A DNA stretch of 40,428 nt, from positions 1 to 40,428 of the IMG/VR virus record IMGVR_UViG_3300005805_000180, one strand, 5' to 3'. Under the pieces are notes generated by a model. That model was not told where the DNA came from. It searched no databases and saw nothing but the letters and a program-made list of their open reading frames with translations. The stretch comes from a virus. Lineage: Duplodnaviria; Caudoviricetes. Shown piece by piece: positions 25,485 to 35,950 of this stretch (position 1 is its first letter; each line of letters opens with the position of its first letter). The translations under genes were made by a program, and so were the position numbers.

Positions 25485-27271
25485 TGCCAACTACAAGAAT
25501 TAAAGAAAAAATATCTAGTATTGTAGGTAGTCAATTACCTGAATTTATTCAGTCTGACTATCCTACATTTATTTCTTTCTTAGAAGCATATTATGAGTTT
25601 ATTGAACAAGATCAAGGTGCTTTTGAGCTATTACAAAATGCAAGATCTTATAATGATATTGATTTAACCATACCTTCATTTGTACAGTATTTTCTTAACA
25701 CATATGCACAAAACATAACAGCTTCCGTTTTAGTTGATAAAAAATTATTAGTAAAGAAAATTAAAGATCTTTACGAGGCTAAGGGAAGTGAACTATCATT
25801 TAAACTTCTTTTTAGAATACTGTTTAATAAATCTGTTTCAGTGCGATACCCTTATGAAAATGTTTTAAGAGCTTCAGGTGGTAGTTGGCAGCAGAAGCTA
25901 TCTATTAGAGTTGAAACAATTTCTGGAGATAGAAATACTCTAACAAACAAAACCTTAACATATATCTCCAATAGCGTATTATACAATACCCAAATTGTGG
26001 AAATTAAAATTTTAACTTCCACTTTAACTGAAATATTTTTAAATCCTAATCAAGCAGCACCTTTTTATGGGTTAGAAGATACGGTAGAAGTCTACACAGG
26101 ATCTACATTAGTCTTCAGTGGTAGAATTAAACCAACAATTACGGGATTTACTGTTAAAAATCCAGGCACTGGATTTAAAGTTGGTCAGATTTTTACAGTA
26201 AATTTTTCTGGTGGAGTTGGTACACTAATTAAAGTCACAGAGGTTACAACCAACAAAGGAATTCAAAAACTTCAGTTTATTAATTATGGTTATGGATATC
26301 CGTCAGACTTTAACATTGAATTAGATGCGACAAGAGTCTTTGCAGAAACTTCAGATGTAATTACATCTATTACTCAAGGGTTTGAAAGTAAGGGTACGCT
26401 AGAAATCATTTCAGCTTACAATCCATCAAGCCCTTCAAGATATTTTGATACGGATTATGTTGTAACAGATTATACTGGTATATCAGATTTTAGATATTTT
26501 GATAATTCAACATTTTCTGCTCCTCAATTTACAGCAGTAGCTTTGTTGGAATCTACTGCTTCCATAGACTTTACATTAGGTGGTCTGGCAAGATATCCTG
26601 GATCATTTTTTAAAAATGACAGTTTCCTCTCTGAAGCAGATGTAAGATTAGAGGATGACCAACTTTATCAACCATTTGCATATCTGACAAACACAGAAGT
26701 GGATTTGGAAGATTTCTTTACTATTGTAAAAAGTCTAGTCCACCCTGCTGGCCAGAAACTATTTAACAATAGATTAGTTTCATTAGATTTAGACTTTTCG
26801 TCCAACGTTGCTCTTTCACCAGAATCTAACATATTCTTCGAGGCTAGAGATACGGCAGTTATTTCTGATAATGAAGATTGGTTGTTGTTAAGAAACGTTG
26901 AAGCAATAGAAAATCTTGTTCAACCTCTAGACGAAGAAGATCTAGAGGTTAGAAAACCAATATCAGATGGTGTTATATTTGAAGATCAGATAGAAGATAT
27001 TGTAATTAACAAGCTGGTAACTTCAGAGATTACAACAAGCGATGAGCTTCAAATACTGCAAGTTGCTGGTAGATTCTTTACATCCAACGTAATTATTAAT
27101 GATCCTTTAGCTAGCTCGTTCGATAAAGTAATAAATAATACCGATGCATTAGTAAGTATAACAGACACTGGTAGTGTTGCTATTTCTGGCGTAACCGATC
27201 CAGAAAGATATTTTGATGAAGAGTATGTAAGTGAAATATACACACTACCCTTTGTTATAGAAACATTTTAA
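25484..27271 (+). CDS. Baseplate wedge initiator (gp7-like)
   Basis: QLPEFI...YP.F..FL.AYYEF, LY.AKGSE.SFK.LFR, YQPFAY and LVHPAG; follows gp6. Confidence 0.75.
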   Translation: MPTTRIKEKISSIVGSQLPEFIQSDYPTFISFLEAYYEFIEQDQGAFELLQNARSYNDIDLTIPSFVQYFLNTYAQNITASVLVDKKLLVKKIKDLYEAKGSELSFKLLFRILFNKSVSVRYPYENVLRASGGSWQQKLSIRVETISGDRNTLTNKTLTYISNSVLYNTQIVEIKILTSTLTEIFLNPNQAAPFYGLEDTVEVYTGSTLVFSGRIKPTITGFTVKNPGTGFKVGQIFTVNFSGGVGTLIKVTEVTTNKGIQKLQFINYGYGYPSDFNIELDATRVFAETSDVITSITQGFESKGTLEIISAYNPSSPSRYFDTDYVVTDYTGISDFRYFDNSTFSAPQFTAVALLESTASIDFTLGGLARYPGSFFKNDSFLSEADVRLEDDQLYQPFAYLTNTEVDLEDFFTIVKSLVHPAGQKLFNNRLVSLDLDFSSNVALSPESNIFFEARDTAVISDNEDWLLLRNVEAIENLVQPLDEEDLEVRKPISDGVIFEDQIEDIVINKLVTSEITTSDELQILQVAGRFFTSNVIINDPLASSFDKVINNTDALVSITDTGSVAISGVTDPERYFDEEYVSEIYTLPFVIETF

Positions 27272-27289
27272 CGATAATCAAGGAAGACT

Positions 27290-27736
27290 ATGTTAACCGA
27301 ATCAATTACAGTCAAAGGCAATCTAGAAATTCTAGTACTTGACGAAAACAAACAAGTTAAAGATCTTAGAAAGATTAACAACTTAGTTGTCTCTGGTGGT
27401 AAGAATTACATTGCTGCTCGCATGACTTCTAATGCTAATGTTATTATGAGTCATATGGCAATCGGTGTTGCTAATATTGCTCCTACTGTTTCAGACACAT
27501 TGCTGCTTGGGGAGTTAGCCAGAGTAGCTTTTGATTCTGTTACGGTTACTGCAAACACAATTTCATATGTTACAACATATAGTCCAGGTACTGGTACTGG
27601 TACATTAGCTGAAGCTGGTATTTTTAATAGTGCTTCAGCTAACGCTGGATCAATGCTTTGTAGAACAAGATTTAATGAAGTAAACAAGGCAGCTGGTGAT
27701 ACAATTGTAATTACCTGGAACGTGTCAGTACAATAA
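27290..27736 (+). CDS. Virion structural protein (tail-collar / fibre N-terminal-like fold)
   Basis: NLVV..GK, HMAIG, GTL.EAGIFN, MLCRT.F..VNK...D.I..TW. Confidence 0.65.
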   Translation: MLTESITVKGNLEILVLDENKQVKDLRKINNLVVSGGKNYIAARMTSNANVIMSHMAIGVANIAPTVSDTLLLGELARVAFDSVTVTANTISYVTTYSPGTGTGTLAEAGIFNSASANAGSMLCRTRFNEVNKAAGDTIVITWNVSVQ

Positions 27737-27737
27737 T

Positions 27738-29885
27738 ATGTCTTATCTAATAAAAGATAGTATTCACGGCAATTTCGTGGATGCTATCTACAATGAAATA
27801 TTTTCCAGAAGGTCAAACTATTATTACTTTATTGGTAAGGTTTTGCCTTGGGATACTCCAGCTTCACCAGATACTCCTCTTGGTACTCAATCTTACGAAT
27901 ATGAAACAAGAAACGGTATTATTTTAGTTAAAAAAATACAGATATCTGAAGTTTCTTTTGTGATTCCAAGAAGGGATTGGGTTTCAGGTACAGTATATGA
28001 TCAATTTGATGGTGATTATAGTTCAACTAACACAGCCTATTCAAATGCTACAAGTTTAAAAGCAGCTAATTTTTATGTACTAACTGCTGAATTTAATGTT
28101 TACAAATGCTTGTTTAACAACAACAACGCGCCTTCTACGGAAGAACCTTTTGGAACAGACCCACTAACAACCACAACATCTGATGGGTATGTGTGGAAGT
28201 ATTTGTATACTATCCCTCTTTCTATTAGAAATAGATTTTTAACAGACACATTAATGCCTGTTCAAAAGTCTGTTAACAATACTTTTTACAGTAATGGGGA
28301 AGTTGATCGAGTTATAATTGATAACTACGGTTCTGGATATTATGGTAATCTTGTTGTTACATTACAAGTAAATGGGGAGTTTGAGGGTGCAGCTGGTAAT
28401 TCTATTGCAAACCTCATTCCTGTTTTTAATCAACAAGGCTCAATTACCGCAGTAAAAATTAAAGATGCTGGAAACAATTACACCTCAGCTAATATTAGTA
28501 TAATTGATAACGACAACACTGGTAATAGTTACTATAAAGGTTTATCCAACGTTATAATTAATAACGTTGGTGGTGGGTATGTAAATGCAGCTTATATAAC
28601 TAACACAACTGCTACTATTACTACATCTGGCGCATTCCAGCCAAATACAAACGCAACTATAAAGTTATCATTTAACAATAACTCCTTGGTTGGTGTCAAT
28701 ATTACAAATCCAGGAAGTGGATATTCTGTTCCTGTAATTGCTAACACAGTTGTCAATTTATCTACTAGTGGTGCATTTCAACCAACAACAAATGCTAATA
28801 TTATTCTAAATTTTGCAAACTCTGCTATTTTGACACCAGTTATTCACAATGGTGTAATTGACAGAGTTTTAATTGAAGATCCTGGTGTTGGATACAAATC
28901 AAACATTCAAACTGTATTTTCGTTGATAGGTGATGGAACAGGAGCTTCATTTACTCCGTATATTAATGAGGCTGGACAATTAGAAGATGTTATTATTGAA
29001 TCTAGAGGTGATGGTTACACATACCTTGACATTGATGTTGTTGGCGATGGGTCAAATGCAAACGTATTTGCATTCCTATCTACCGGTGATTTAGACACAG
29101 TTCAAAGCACGGTTGAACTTTCAGCTGTAGATGGTGGATTGTATGCTTTCAGAGTATTAAATGCTGGCAACAATTACACTGCAGCAAACATTGTTGTTAC
29201 AGGGGATGGATCTGGATTTGCTGGAACGGTAGTTAGATCAAATGCAAATACTATTAGCCATATATTAGTAACTAATCCTGGATTAGGATATACACATGCT
29301 AATGTTACAATTACTGGTACTGGAAGCAATGCAATAGTTACTGCAATATTATCACCTCAAGGTGGTCATGGTAGCGATGCCGTAAAAGAACTGTTTGCTG
29401 ATACATTAATGTTCTATTCAACAATTAACAATGAATTGATTCATGGTGTAAATGTTAACAACGACTACAGACAATTTGGAATAATTAGAAATCCAAAACA
29501 GTTTAATAGTGAAAAACTTTTTGCAAATTCACTTGGTACACCTTGCATTTTAGTTGCAACTAACACTGTTATAGATGATTTATCAAACAGCCTAGAAGCC
29601 GACACACTCTTACAATTATCAAATGATAGTTCTAAGAAGTTTGAGGTGATTGAGGTAGATACAATTAACAGCAGAATACTTCTTAACACATTAAATAACA
29701 AATTTATTTCTACTGGCAACGTTTTATATGATCCAGTAACTGATTCTGATTACTCTGTGCTTACAGTTAATACTAATCCCACTATAAATAAGTTTAGTGG
29801 TGAATTATTATTCATAGATAATAGAACAAAAGTAAGCTACAGTGATCAACAACTTGTTACGCTAAGAACAACAATAAAACTTTAG
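27738..29885 (+). CDS. 8: Baseplate wedge subunit gp8 with a repeat-domain insertion
   Basis: VIPRRDW.SG..YD, FYVL..EFNVYKCL.N, DGYVWKYLY, YRQFGII.NP and SGELLFIDNR; internal N.G.GY repeats. Confidence 0.85.
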   Translation: MSYLIKDSIHGNFVDAIYNEIFSRRSNYYYFIGKVLPWDTPASPDTPLGTQSYEYETRNGIILVKKIQISEVSFVIPRRDWVSGTVYDQFDGDYSSTNTAYSNATSLKAANFYVLTAEFNVYKCLFNNNNAPSTEEPFGTDPLTTTTSDGYVWKYLYTIPLSIRNRFLTDTLMPVQKSVNNTFYSNGEVDRVIIDNYGSGYYGNLVVTLQVNGEFEGAAGNSIANLIPVFNQQGSITAVKIKDAGNNYTSANISIIDNDNTGNSYYKGLSNVIINNVGGGYVNAAYITNTTATITTSGAFQPNTNATIKLSFNNNSLVGVNITNPGSGYSVPVIANTVVNLSTSGAFQPTTNANIILNFANSAILTPVIHNGVIDRVLIEDPGVGYKSNIQTVFSLIGDGTGASFTPYINEAGQLEDVIIESRGDGYTYLDIDVVGDGSNANVFAFLSTGDLDTVQSTVELSAVDGGLYAFRVLNAGNNYTAANIVVTGDGSGFAGTVVRSNANTISHILVTNPGLGYTHANVTITGTGSNAIVTAILSPQGGHGSDAVKELFADTLMFYSTINNELIHGVNVNNDYRQFGIIRNPKQFNSEKLFANSLGTPCILVATNTVIDDLSNSLEADTLLQLSNDSSKKFEVIEVDTINSRILLNTLNNKFISTGNVLYDPVTDSDYSVLTVNTNPTINKFSGELLFIDNRTKVSYSDQQLVTLRTTIKL
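29783..29790 (+). promoter_or_regulatory. T4-type late promoter (inside the 3' end of gene 8)
   Basis: Perfect TATAAATA about 115 nt upstream of the 1936-aa gene; could occur by chance in AT-rich DNA. Confidence 0.4.
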
Positions 29886-29904
29886 AAATATCTAGAGGAC
29901 ATTA

Positions 29905-32900
29905 ATGAGTCTCAATACCAATTTCAACGTTGCTCCATACTACGACGATTACGATCAAAACAAAAAGTTTTATCGTATATTGTTTAAACCTGGATTTGCT
30001 GTTCAGGCAAGAGAGTTAACTCAACTTCAAACTATTCTTCAAAAACAGGTTGATCGTTTTGGTAAGCACGTATTCAAAGATGGTAGTTTAGTAACCGGTG
30101 GTCAATTTGCAATTGATTTAGCGGTTGATTATGTTAAGATTCAAGATGTTGATTCTCTTGGTGATGGTTTTGAAATTAACAATTTTAGCGGTGTAACACT
30201 CACAGGGGCAACTACTGGAGTACAGGCCTATGTTATTTTTGTCGCTGATGGATCTGAGACTTCCGCCAACACAAAGACTTTGTATGTTAGATATTTAAAT
30301 TCTGGAACTAGTGGTACAACAAAAGTTTTTAACAATGGTGAAGTTTTACAATCATCAGTAGGTAATTTATTGGCGTTTGCTTCTTCTGCAACTGGTACTG
30401 GTTCATTGTTTACAGTTGAGGAAGGAGTTATTTACACAAAAGAACATTTTGTTTATTTTCCAAGGCAAACTGTAGTTCTTTCAAGATATACAACATCTCC
30501 TTCTGCTAAAGTAGGATTTTTGGTATCAGAAAGTATCATAAAATACTCCGACGATGAAACACTACTTGACCCAGCGTTAGGATCTTCTAATTATTTTGCA
30601 CAGGGTGCTGATCGATTTAAAATTGATCCAGTTGTTACTGTTTTTGACTATAATGCAAATATAACTACACCAGATTACATTGAACTGTTTACTATTCAAG
30701 ATGGCATTTTAATTGAGACATACGAAAGACCAACATACAATGTTCTAAGAAAAGAATTAGCAAAAAGAACTTTTGATGAGTCTGGAGACTATTATGTAAA
30801 TGGCCTTACAGTCAGAGTCAGAGAGCATTTAGATAATGGTGAGAATGGGGGATTAAAAACTGCAAATTCCGGTGGTAATGTAAACTTACTAGCAGTTGGT
30901 GTTGAACCTGGTACAGCTTATGTTAAAGGTTTTGAAGTTTATGCAAATGTTACAAGATATGTTAATATTGAAAAAGCCATCACATATGAAAATGTGAATT
31001 CTCAAATAGCAACTTCGAGAATAGGTAATTATATTGTTGTCAATGAAGCAACTGGATTCATTAATCAAGACAGTATTGTTACTGTTGGTCTTTATGATTC
31101 AGCTCAAACTAGATTATCTTCCAATGTATTTGCTAACGTTGCACAGACTGGAAATCTTATTGGCAATGCAAGAGTGAAAGGTTTTGAATACGATTCTGGA
31201 ACACTAGGAACACCTCAAGGTAATATTAAACTTTATTTGTTTGATATTAAGATGCTAGAGGGTAATTCATTTGCCAATTCAAGAAGTGTATATTTTAACA
31301 ATCCATCTTCTACTGATTTTGGTGCAGATATAGTTTTAACTGGTGGATCCGCTACCCTCAATGAAACTCTAACAAATAACCCATTACTATATTACGTTGG
31401 GTCAGATTTTGTAAGAACTATTAGAGACAACACAGACTCTCCTGATTTAACGTTTACATTTAAAAAGTCCAGCGATGTGAGTATTGCCACTGCTGGCACG
31501 TTTACCTTTACGACATCAGGAACAGAAACATTCCCATATGGATCTACAGGCACTCTAACAGCTACTGAAAAATCTCAACTTGCGCTGACCATCAATGGTG
31601 ATGTAAATATCAATTTATCAGCCACAGTTACACGAGGTGGAACTAATACTTTAGTATCAAATACCAATACATTCTCAAGGATGAATGTTGGTGATAAAGT
31701 TTCCATTGTTGGCCAAGCCAACGTGTTTAGAATAACAAGCATTACTAGTGGTACAAATGCAAATGTGGCTCAGACAGTACCAACTTCTGTCAATGGTAAT
31801 CTACTAAGCAAGGCTTATAGAACTGGTGACATTATTGATTTAAGAACAATTGGATTTACGGGTAACGTTGTAAGAACAGTAACAATAAATTCAGATTCAT
31901 CTTTAACAGTTAATTTACAAGAAACATTTCCTTCTATTTCTTCAGGAACTATTAATTACAGAGCAGTTAGAGGTAGTGCTAGAGAAGTTGCAAAGACTCT
32001 AAGACCAAACAGACTTGTTGTTATTGATACACTAACTACAAGCAATACTGGTCCTATTAACCTTGGTATATCAGACCTGTATCAAATTAGACAAATTAGA
32101 CAAAATCTAACATACTTTGGTACTGTGACAGATGGGTCTAATGTAACATCTAACTTTACAATTGATAACGGTCAGAGGGATGACTTTTACGATCACGCAA
32201 CAATCACTCCTAAGACAGCTTTACCTGCTAATGTTAAACTTTTAGTTGAATTAGATTACTTCCAACCTGACTTTTCTCAGGGTGTTGGATATTTCTCAGT
32301 GGATTCATATCCTATTGACGATAATGTTATTAGTAATTCCAGCATTCAAACGTCTGAAATTCCTATTTACAGATCCCCAACAAATGGTCTTACATATGAT
32401 CTTAGAAATAATTTAGACTTTAGACCGGTAAAAACAAATACTGCAACTGATACCACATTACTTGCTACAGCAAATACAAATGCTAATCCAACATCAACTG
32501 ATTCATTCCAAGCTGGTAGTGGTGGTATAAGAATAGTTGCACCATTAGAACAAATAATATACGATTATTCATATTTCATTCCAAGAATAGATTTAATTGT
32601 TGTTGATAAAGATTCAAACTTTTATTCAGTGTCTGGTGTTCCATCATTAGAACCAACAACTCCTTTGGTTCCAGAGAACGCAATGTCGCTGGCAAAGATT
32701 TATGTAACAGCATATCCTTCTTTAGCTCCTAATTATGCGCAAATTTTAGATAGAAAAGACTTACAAGTTAATCCTGTAAGAACTTCGCAAATTAGATACA
32801 CAATGGAAGATATTGGTATCTTGAAAAACAGAATTGACAACCTAGAACAAAGAGCTAGTCTTAATGCATTAGAAAAAGCAGCGATGGATTTTAATGTTCT

Positions 32901-35715
32901 TGATGATAGTGGTATTAACAGATTAAAAAATGGTATTTTTGTTGATTCGTTTGTAGATCACAGTCTTGGTGCAACATACGATCCTGATTATAAGATTACA
33001 GTGGATTCAGTTGAAAAAGCTATTAGACCTGCTTATGAGATGGATTCAATATACTATGATTACGTAAGTGGTTCTGGTGTTGTGAAAAAAGGTGATTTAA
33101 TCACTCTTCCCTACACACAAGCTGTTTTAATAGAACAGCCAAGAGTAACTACTACAAGAAACATTGAAACAAGCGTTTACCGTTTTATTGGTAATATGTA
33201 CCTCAATCCAAGTACAGATGTTTGGGTAGATACAACCTACGCTCCTGATAATCAAGTTACAGTAGAATCTAATCCAGTTGGTGGTCCTTTAACAACCGAA
33301 TGGAATAGTTGGCAAACACGTGTTGTTGGGTATAATTTATATAATGCAGAAACTGGACAGTTGTTAGCTACATTCCAAGATAAACAAGCTGCTTTAAATA
33401 ACGCAACTGCTCTTAACAGAAGAGTTACAGTAGGTCAAAATACAATTGGTTATACGGGTTCTCAGATTGGTACAATTGTCGAGGAAGTTTCTGAACGATA
33501 TAGAACTGGAGCTGAGCAGTATTATGCTCAGACAGTAGAAACACAGAAGCTTGGTAATAAGTTAATTAATATTGATATTGTACCTTATATTAGACCACAA
33601 ACCATCCAAATAAATGTTAAAGGTCTTAAAGCAACTACTAGACTTTATGTATTCTTTGATGGTGAGAATATGTCTAGTTTTGTTACACCAACAAATAGTA
33701 GCTACACACCAACTAGCTCTGAAGGATCTAATTTATTAACTAACACCTCTGGTGAAGTTTATTTCTTATTAAGATTACCATCGTCTGGTAAACAATTTAG
33801 AGTTGGAACAAAAGAAGTTAAAATTACAGACAGTCCAACTAATGAATCAGATGCTACAACGCAAGCAGTGTCATACTTTGTTGCACAAGGTCTAATTCAA
33901 CAAAAACAAAATGACATTATTACTACTCGTGCAGTTATTACTCTTGAAAAAGAGGTAACAGAAGCTGAACGTGTAAACTCTAACATTCAAACTCTTCAAC
34001 GCAACCAGCTTGGTGGCTCTTGTATGGCATATTCTTTCTTGCCTAAAGCACCAGATGGCGAAGAAGGAATTTATTTAACAAGTGTAGATGTGTTTGTTGC
34101 AAGTAAGCATCCAACTCTTGGCATATGGTTTGAAATTAGAGAAATGGACAGTGGTGGAGGTATTACTAGAAATCAAGTTCCATTCAGTGAAGTTTGGAAA
34201 ACAAGTTCTCAGGTAACTACTTCAACTGACGCAAGTGTTCCTCTTAATATTGAGTTTCCATCTCCAGTTTTTCTATATAACGATGTTCAATATGCTTTTG
34301 TAATTCATACAGAAGGTATTAATCCAGATTATTATTTTTATGTTGCTAGACTTGGTCAGACTGATACTATCACTCAAACAAAATATACATCTAGACCTTT
34401 ATCAGGAACACTTTATACTACAAATAACAACCTTAACTGGGATATTGTACCTGAAGTTGATATGAAGGTTAAGTTTTACAGAGCCAACTTTACTACAGGC
34501 TCTGGAACAGCTATACTTGGTAACAAACCAACAGAATTCCTCAAGCTAGGTAATATAACAGGAAGCTTTAATAAGTTTGGTGAATTGTTCATTGGTAATG
34601 ATGTGTTAACTGTGACAACGCCTTCTGGTGGAACAGTTGTCGTTGGTGATCAGTTTATTGGCTCTACATCTACAAAATCTGCTAATGTTCTTTCTATCAA
34701 TGGTTCTGTTTATACCATGTCTAATGTTGGTTTTGTTGTGGGTGAAACAATATCAGTAAGTAATACTTTAGGAAGCAGAGGTATTACAACTACTGTTTCT
34801 GCAAGCTCTAGAGCAACTGGTGCTTTAAAACTTTATAAAACATCTAACACAGAAAACACTGTACAATTAACTGCAACGAGTAACACTTTCTTTGTTGGAG
34901 ATACTATAAGAGGTCAGCTGTCTGGCGATACAGCAACAGTAGATGAAGTTAGATCCTATAATTACTATCTGTTAGATTTTGAACCAGACTTTTTAAGATT
35001 CAGTAAAACACCAATAAACTTTGCAGTAAAAACAACCTCGTTGTCTTCTAACACATTGTCATCTTCTTTCGAACCTATTAATGAAAGTGATAACTTTGTG
35101 TTTAACAGTGAACAAGTGCTAATGTCCAGAACTACTGAAATATCTTCTTTATCTGGAAGCAGATCCAATCAGATTCAAGCTACGTTGTCATCTACATCTA
35201 GCTATCTATCGCCTGTGTTGGATATTGGAAGAACACATTCAATTTACGTAAGAAATGATATTAATAACAGTACTGCTGGTGAAACAGGAGCTGGTGGTAG
35301 TTCACTCAATAGATACATTTCAAAAACTGTAACATTAGCAGAAGGTCAAGATGCTGAGGACATGGTTGTAATTTGTACAGCATATAGACCACCCGATTCA
35401 GATTTTAAGGTTTATGCCAGATTGTTAAACAAAACTGACATTGATTTGTTTAACAATAAATCTTGGATTGAAATGGAAAAAGTTGATGATAATGTATTTT
35501 CATCATTAGCTAATGTTCAAGATTACAGAGAATTCCAATTTAAGTTTTCTGATTCTAGATTATCTGGTCCAAATGAAGAAGTTCAGTACACAGGAACAGA
35601 TGGATCTCTTTATACTGGATACAAACACTTTGCTATTAAGATTGTATTAACATCTTCAAACGGAGCAGTTGTACCTAAAGTTGGTGATCTTAGAGTTATA
35701 GCACTTCAGAAATGA
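29905..35715 (+). CDS. Giant virion structural protein (VrlC / DUF4815-like)
   Basis: PYYDDY....FYRILFKPG.AVQARELTQLQ, GADR, RTFDESGDY and NGIFVDSF motifs; C-terminal DLRVIAL. Confidence 0.82.
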   Translation: MSLNTNFNVAPYYDDYDQNKKFYRILFKPGFAVQARELTQLQTILQKQVDRFGKHVFKDGSLVTGGQFAIDLAVDYVKIQDVDSLGDGFEINNFSGVTLTGATTGVQAYVIFVADGSETSANTKTLYVRYLNSGTSGTTKVFNNGEVLQSSVGNLLAFASSATGTGSLFTVEEGVIYTKEHFVYFPRQTVVLSRYTTSPSAKVGFLVSESIIKYSDDETLLDPALGSSNYFAQGADRFKIDPVVTVFDYNANITTPDYIELFTIQDGILIETYERPTYNVLRKELAKRTFDESGDYYVNGLTVRVREHLDNGENGGLKTANSGGNVNLLAVGVEPGTAYVKGFEVYANVTRYVNIEKAITYENVNSQIATSRIGNYIVVNEATGFINQDSIVTVGLYDSAQTRLSSNVFANVAQTGNLIGNARVKGFEYDSGTLGTPQGNIKLYLFDIKMLEGNSFANSRSVYFNNPSSTDFGADIVLTGGSATLNETLTNNPLLYYVGSDFVRTIRDNTDSPDLTFTFKKSSDVSIATAGTFTFTTSGTETFPYGSTGTLTATEKSQLALTINGDVNINLSATVTRGGTNTLVSNTNTFSRMNVGDKVSIVGQANVFRITSITSGTNANVAQTVPTSVNGNLLSKAYRTGDIIDLRTIGFTGNVVRTVTINSDSSLTVNLQETFPSISSGTINYRAVRGSAREVAKTLRPNRLVVIDTLTTSNTGPINLGISDLYQIRQIRQNLTYFGTVTDGSNVTSNFTIDNGQRDDFYDHATITPKTALPANVKLLVELDYFQPDFSQGVGYFSVDSYPIDDNVISNSSIQTSEIPIYRSPTNGLTYDLRNNLDFRPVKTNTATDTTLLATANTNANPTSTDSFQAGSGGIRIVAPLEQIIYDYSYFIPRIDLIVVDKDSNFYSVSGVPSLEPTTPLVPENAMSLAKIYVTAYPSLAPNYAQILDRKDLQVNPVRTSQIRYTMEDIGILKNRIDNLEQRASLNALEKAAMDFNVLDDSGINRLKNGIFVDSFVDHSLGATYDPDYKITVDSVEKAIRPAYEMDSIYYDYVSGSGVVKKGDLITLPYTQAVLIEQPRVTTTRNIETSVYRFIGNMYLNPSTDVWVDTTYAPDNQVTVESNPVGGPLTTEWNSWQTRVVGYNLYNAETGQLLATFQDKQAALNNATALNRRVTVGQNTIGYTGSQIGTIVEEVSERYRTGAEQYYAQTVETQKLGNKLINIDIVPYIRPQTIQINVKGLKATTRLYVFFDGENMSSFVTPTNSSYTPTSSEGSNLLTNTSGEVYFLLRLPSSGKQFRVGTKEVKITDSPTNESDATTQAVSYFVAQGLIQQKQNDIITTRAVITLEKEVTEAERVNSNIQTLQRNQLGGSCMAYSFLPKAPDGEEGIYLTSVDVFVASKHPTLGIWFEIREMDSGGGITRNQVPFSEVWKTSSQVTTSTDASVPLNIEFPSPVFLYNDVQYAFVIHTEGINPDYYFYVARLGQTDTITQTKYTSRPLSGTLYTTNNNLNWDIVPEVDMKVKFYRANFTTGSGTAILGNKPTEFLKLGNITGSFNKFGELFIGNDVLTVTTPSGGTVVVGDQFIGSTSTKSANVLSINGSVYTMSNVGFVVGETISVSNTLGSRGITTTVSASSRATGALKLYKTSNTENTVQLTATSNTFFVGDTIRGQLSGDTATVDEVRSYNYYLLDFEPDFLRFSKTPINFAVKTTSLSSNTLSSSFEPINESDNFVFNSEQVLMSRTTEISSLSGSRSNQIQATLSSTSSYLSPVLDIGRTHSIYVRNDINNSTAGETGAGGSSLNRYISKTVTLAEGQDAEDMVVICTAYRPPDSDFKVYARLLNKTDIDLFNNKSWIEMEKVDDNVFSSLANVQDYREFQFKFSDSRLSGPNEEVQYTGTDGSLYTGYKHFAIKIVLTSSNGAVVPKVGDLRVIALQK

Positions 35716-35927
35716 TTGAAATAAAAACCGATGTAGATGGGTTTGTAAAAACAAGTACTGGGGCACTGTTAAACAAAGACAATGATGCTCTTATTGCTTA
35801 CAAAGCACAAAAGAAAAGAAATGCTCTTATTAGTACATTGGAAAAAAAGTATCAAGAGTTAGAACAAAAAGTTTTGTATTTAGAAAACGAGTTATACAAA
35901 ATCAACAAAAGGTTTGACAATAAATAA
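35712..35927 (+). CDS. Small coiled-coil protein following the VrlC-like gene
   Basis: TGALLN.D..AL..YK pattern; ATGA coupling. Confidence 0.65.
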   Translation: MIEIKTDVDGFVKTSTGALLNKDNDALIAYKAQKKRNALISTLEKKYQELEQKVLYLENELYKINKRFDNK

Positions 35928-35950
35928 AGTAAACAGTCAAGAAGGATGCC

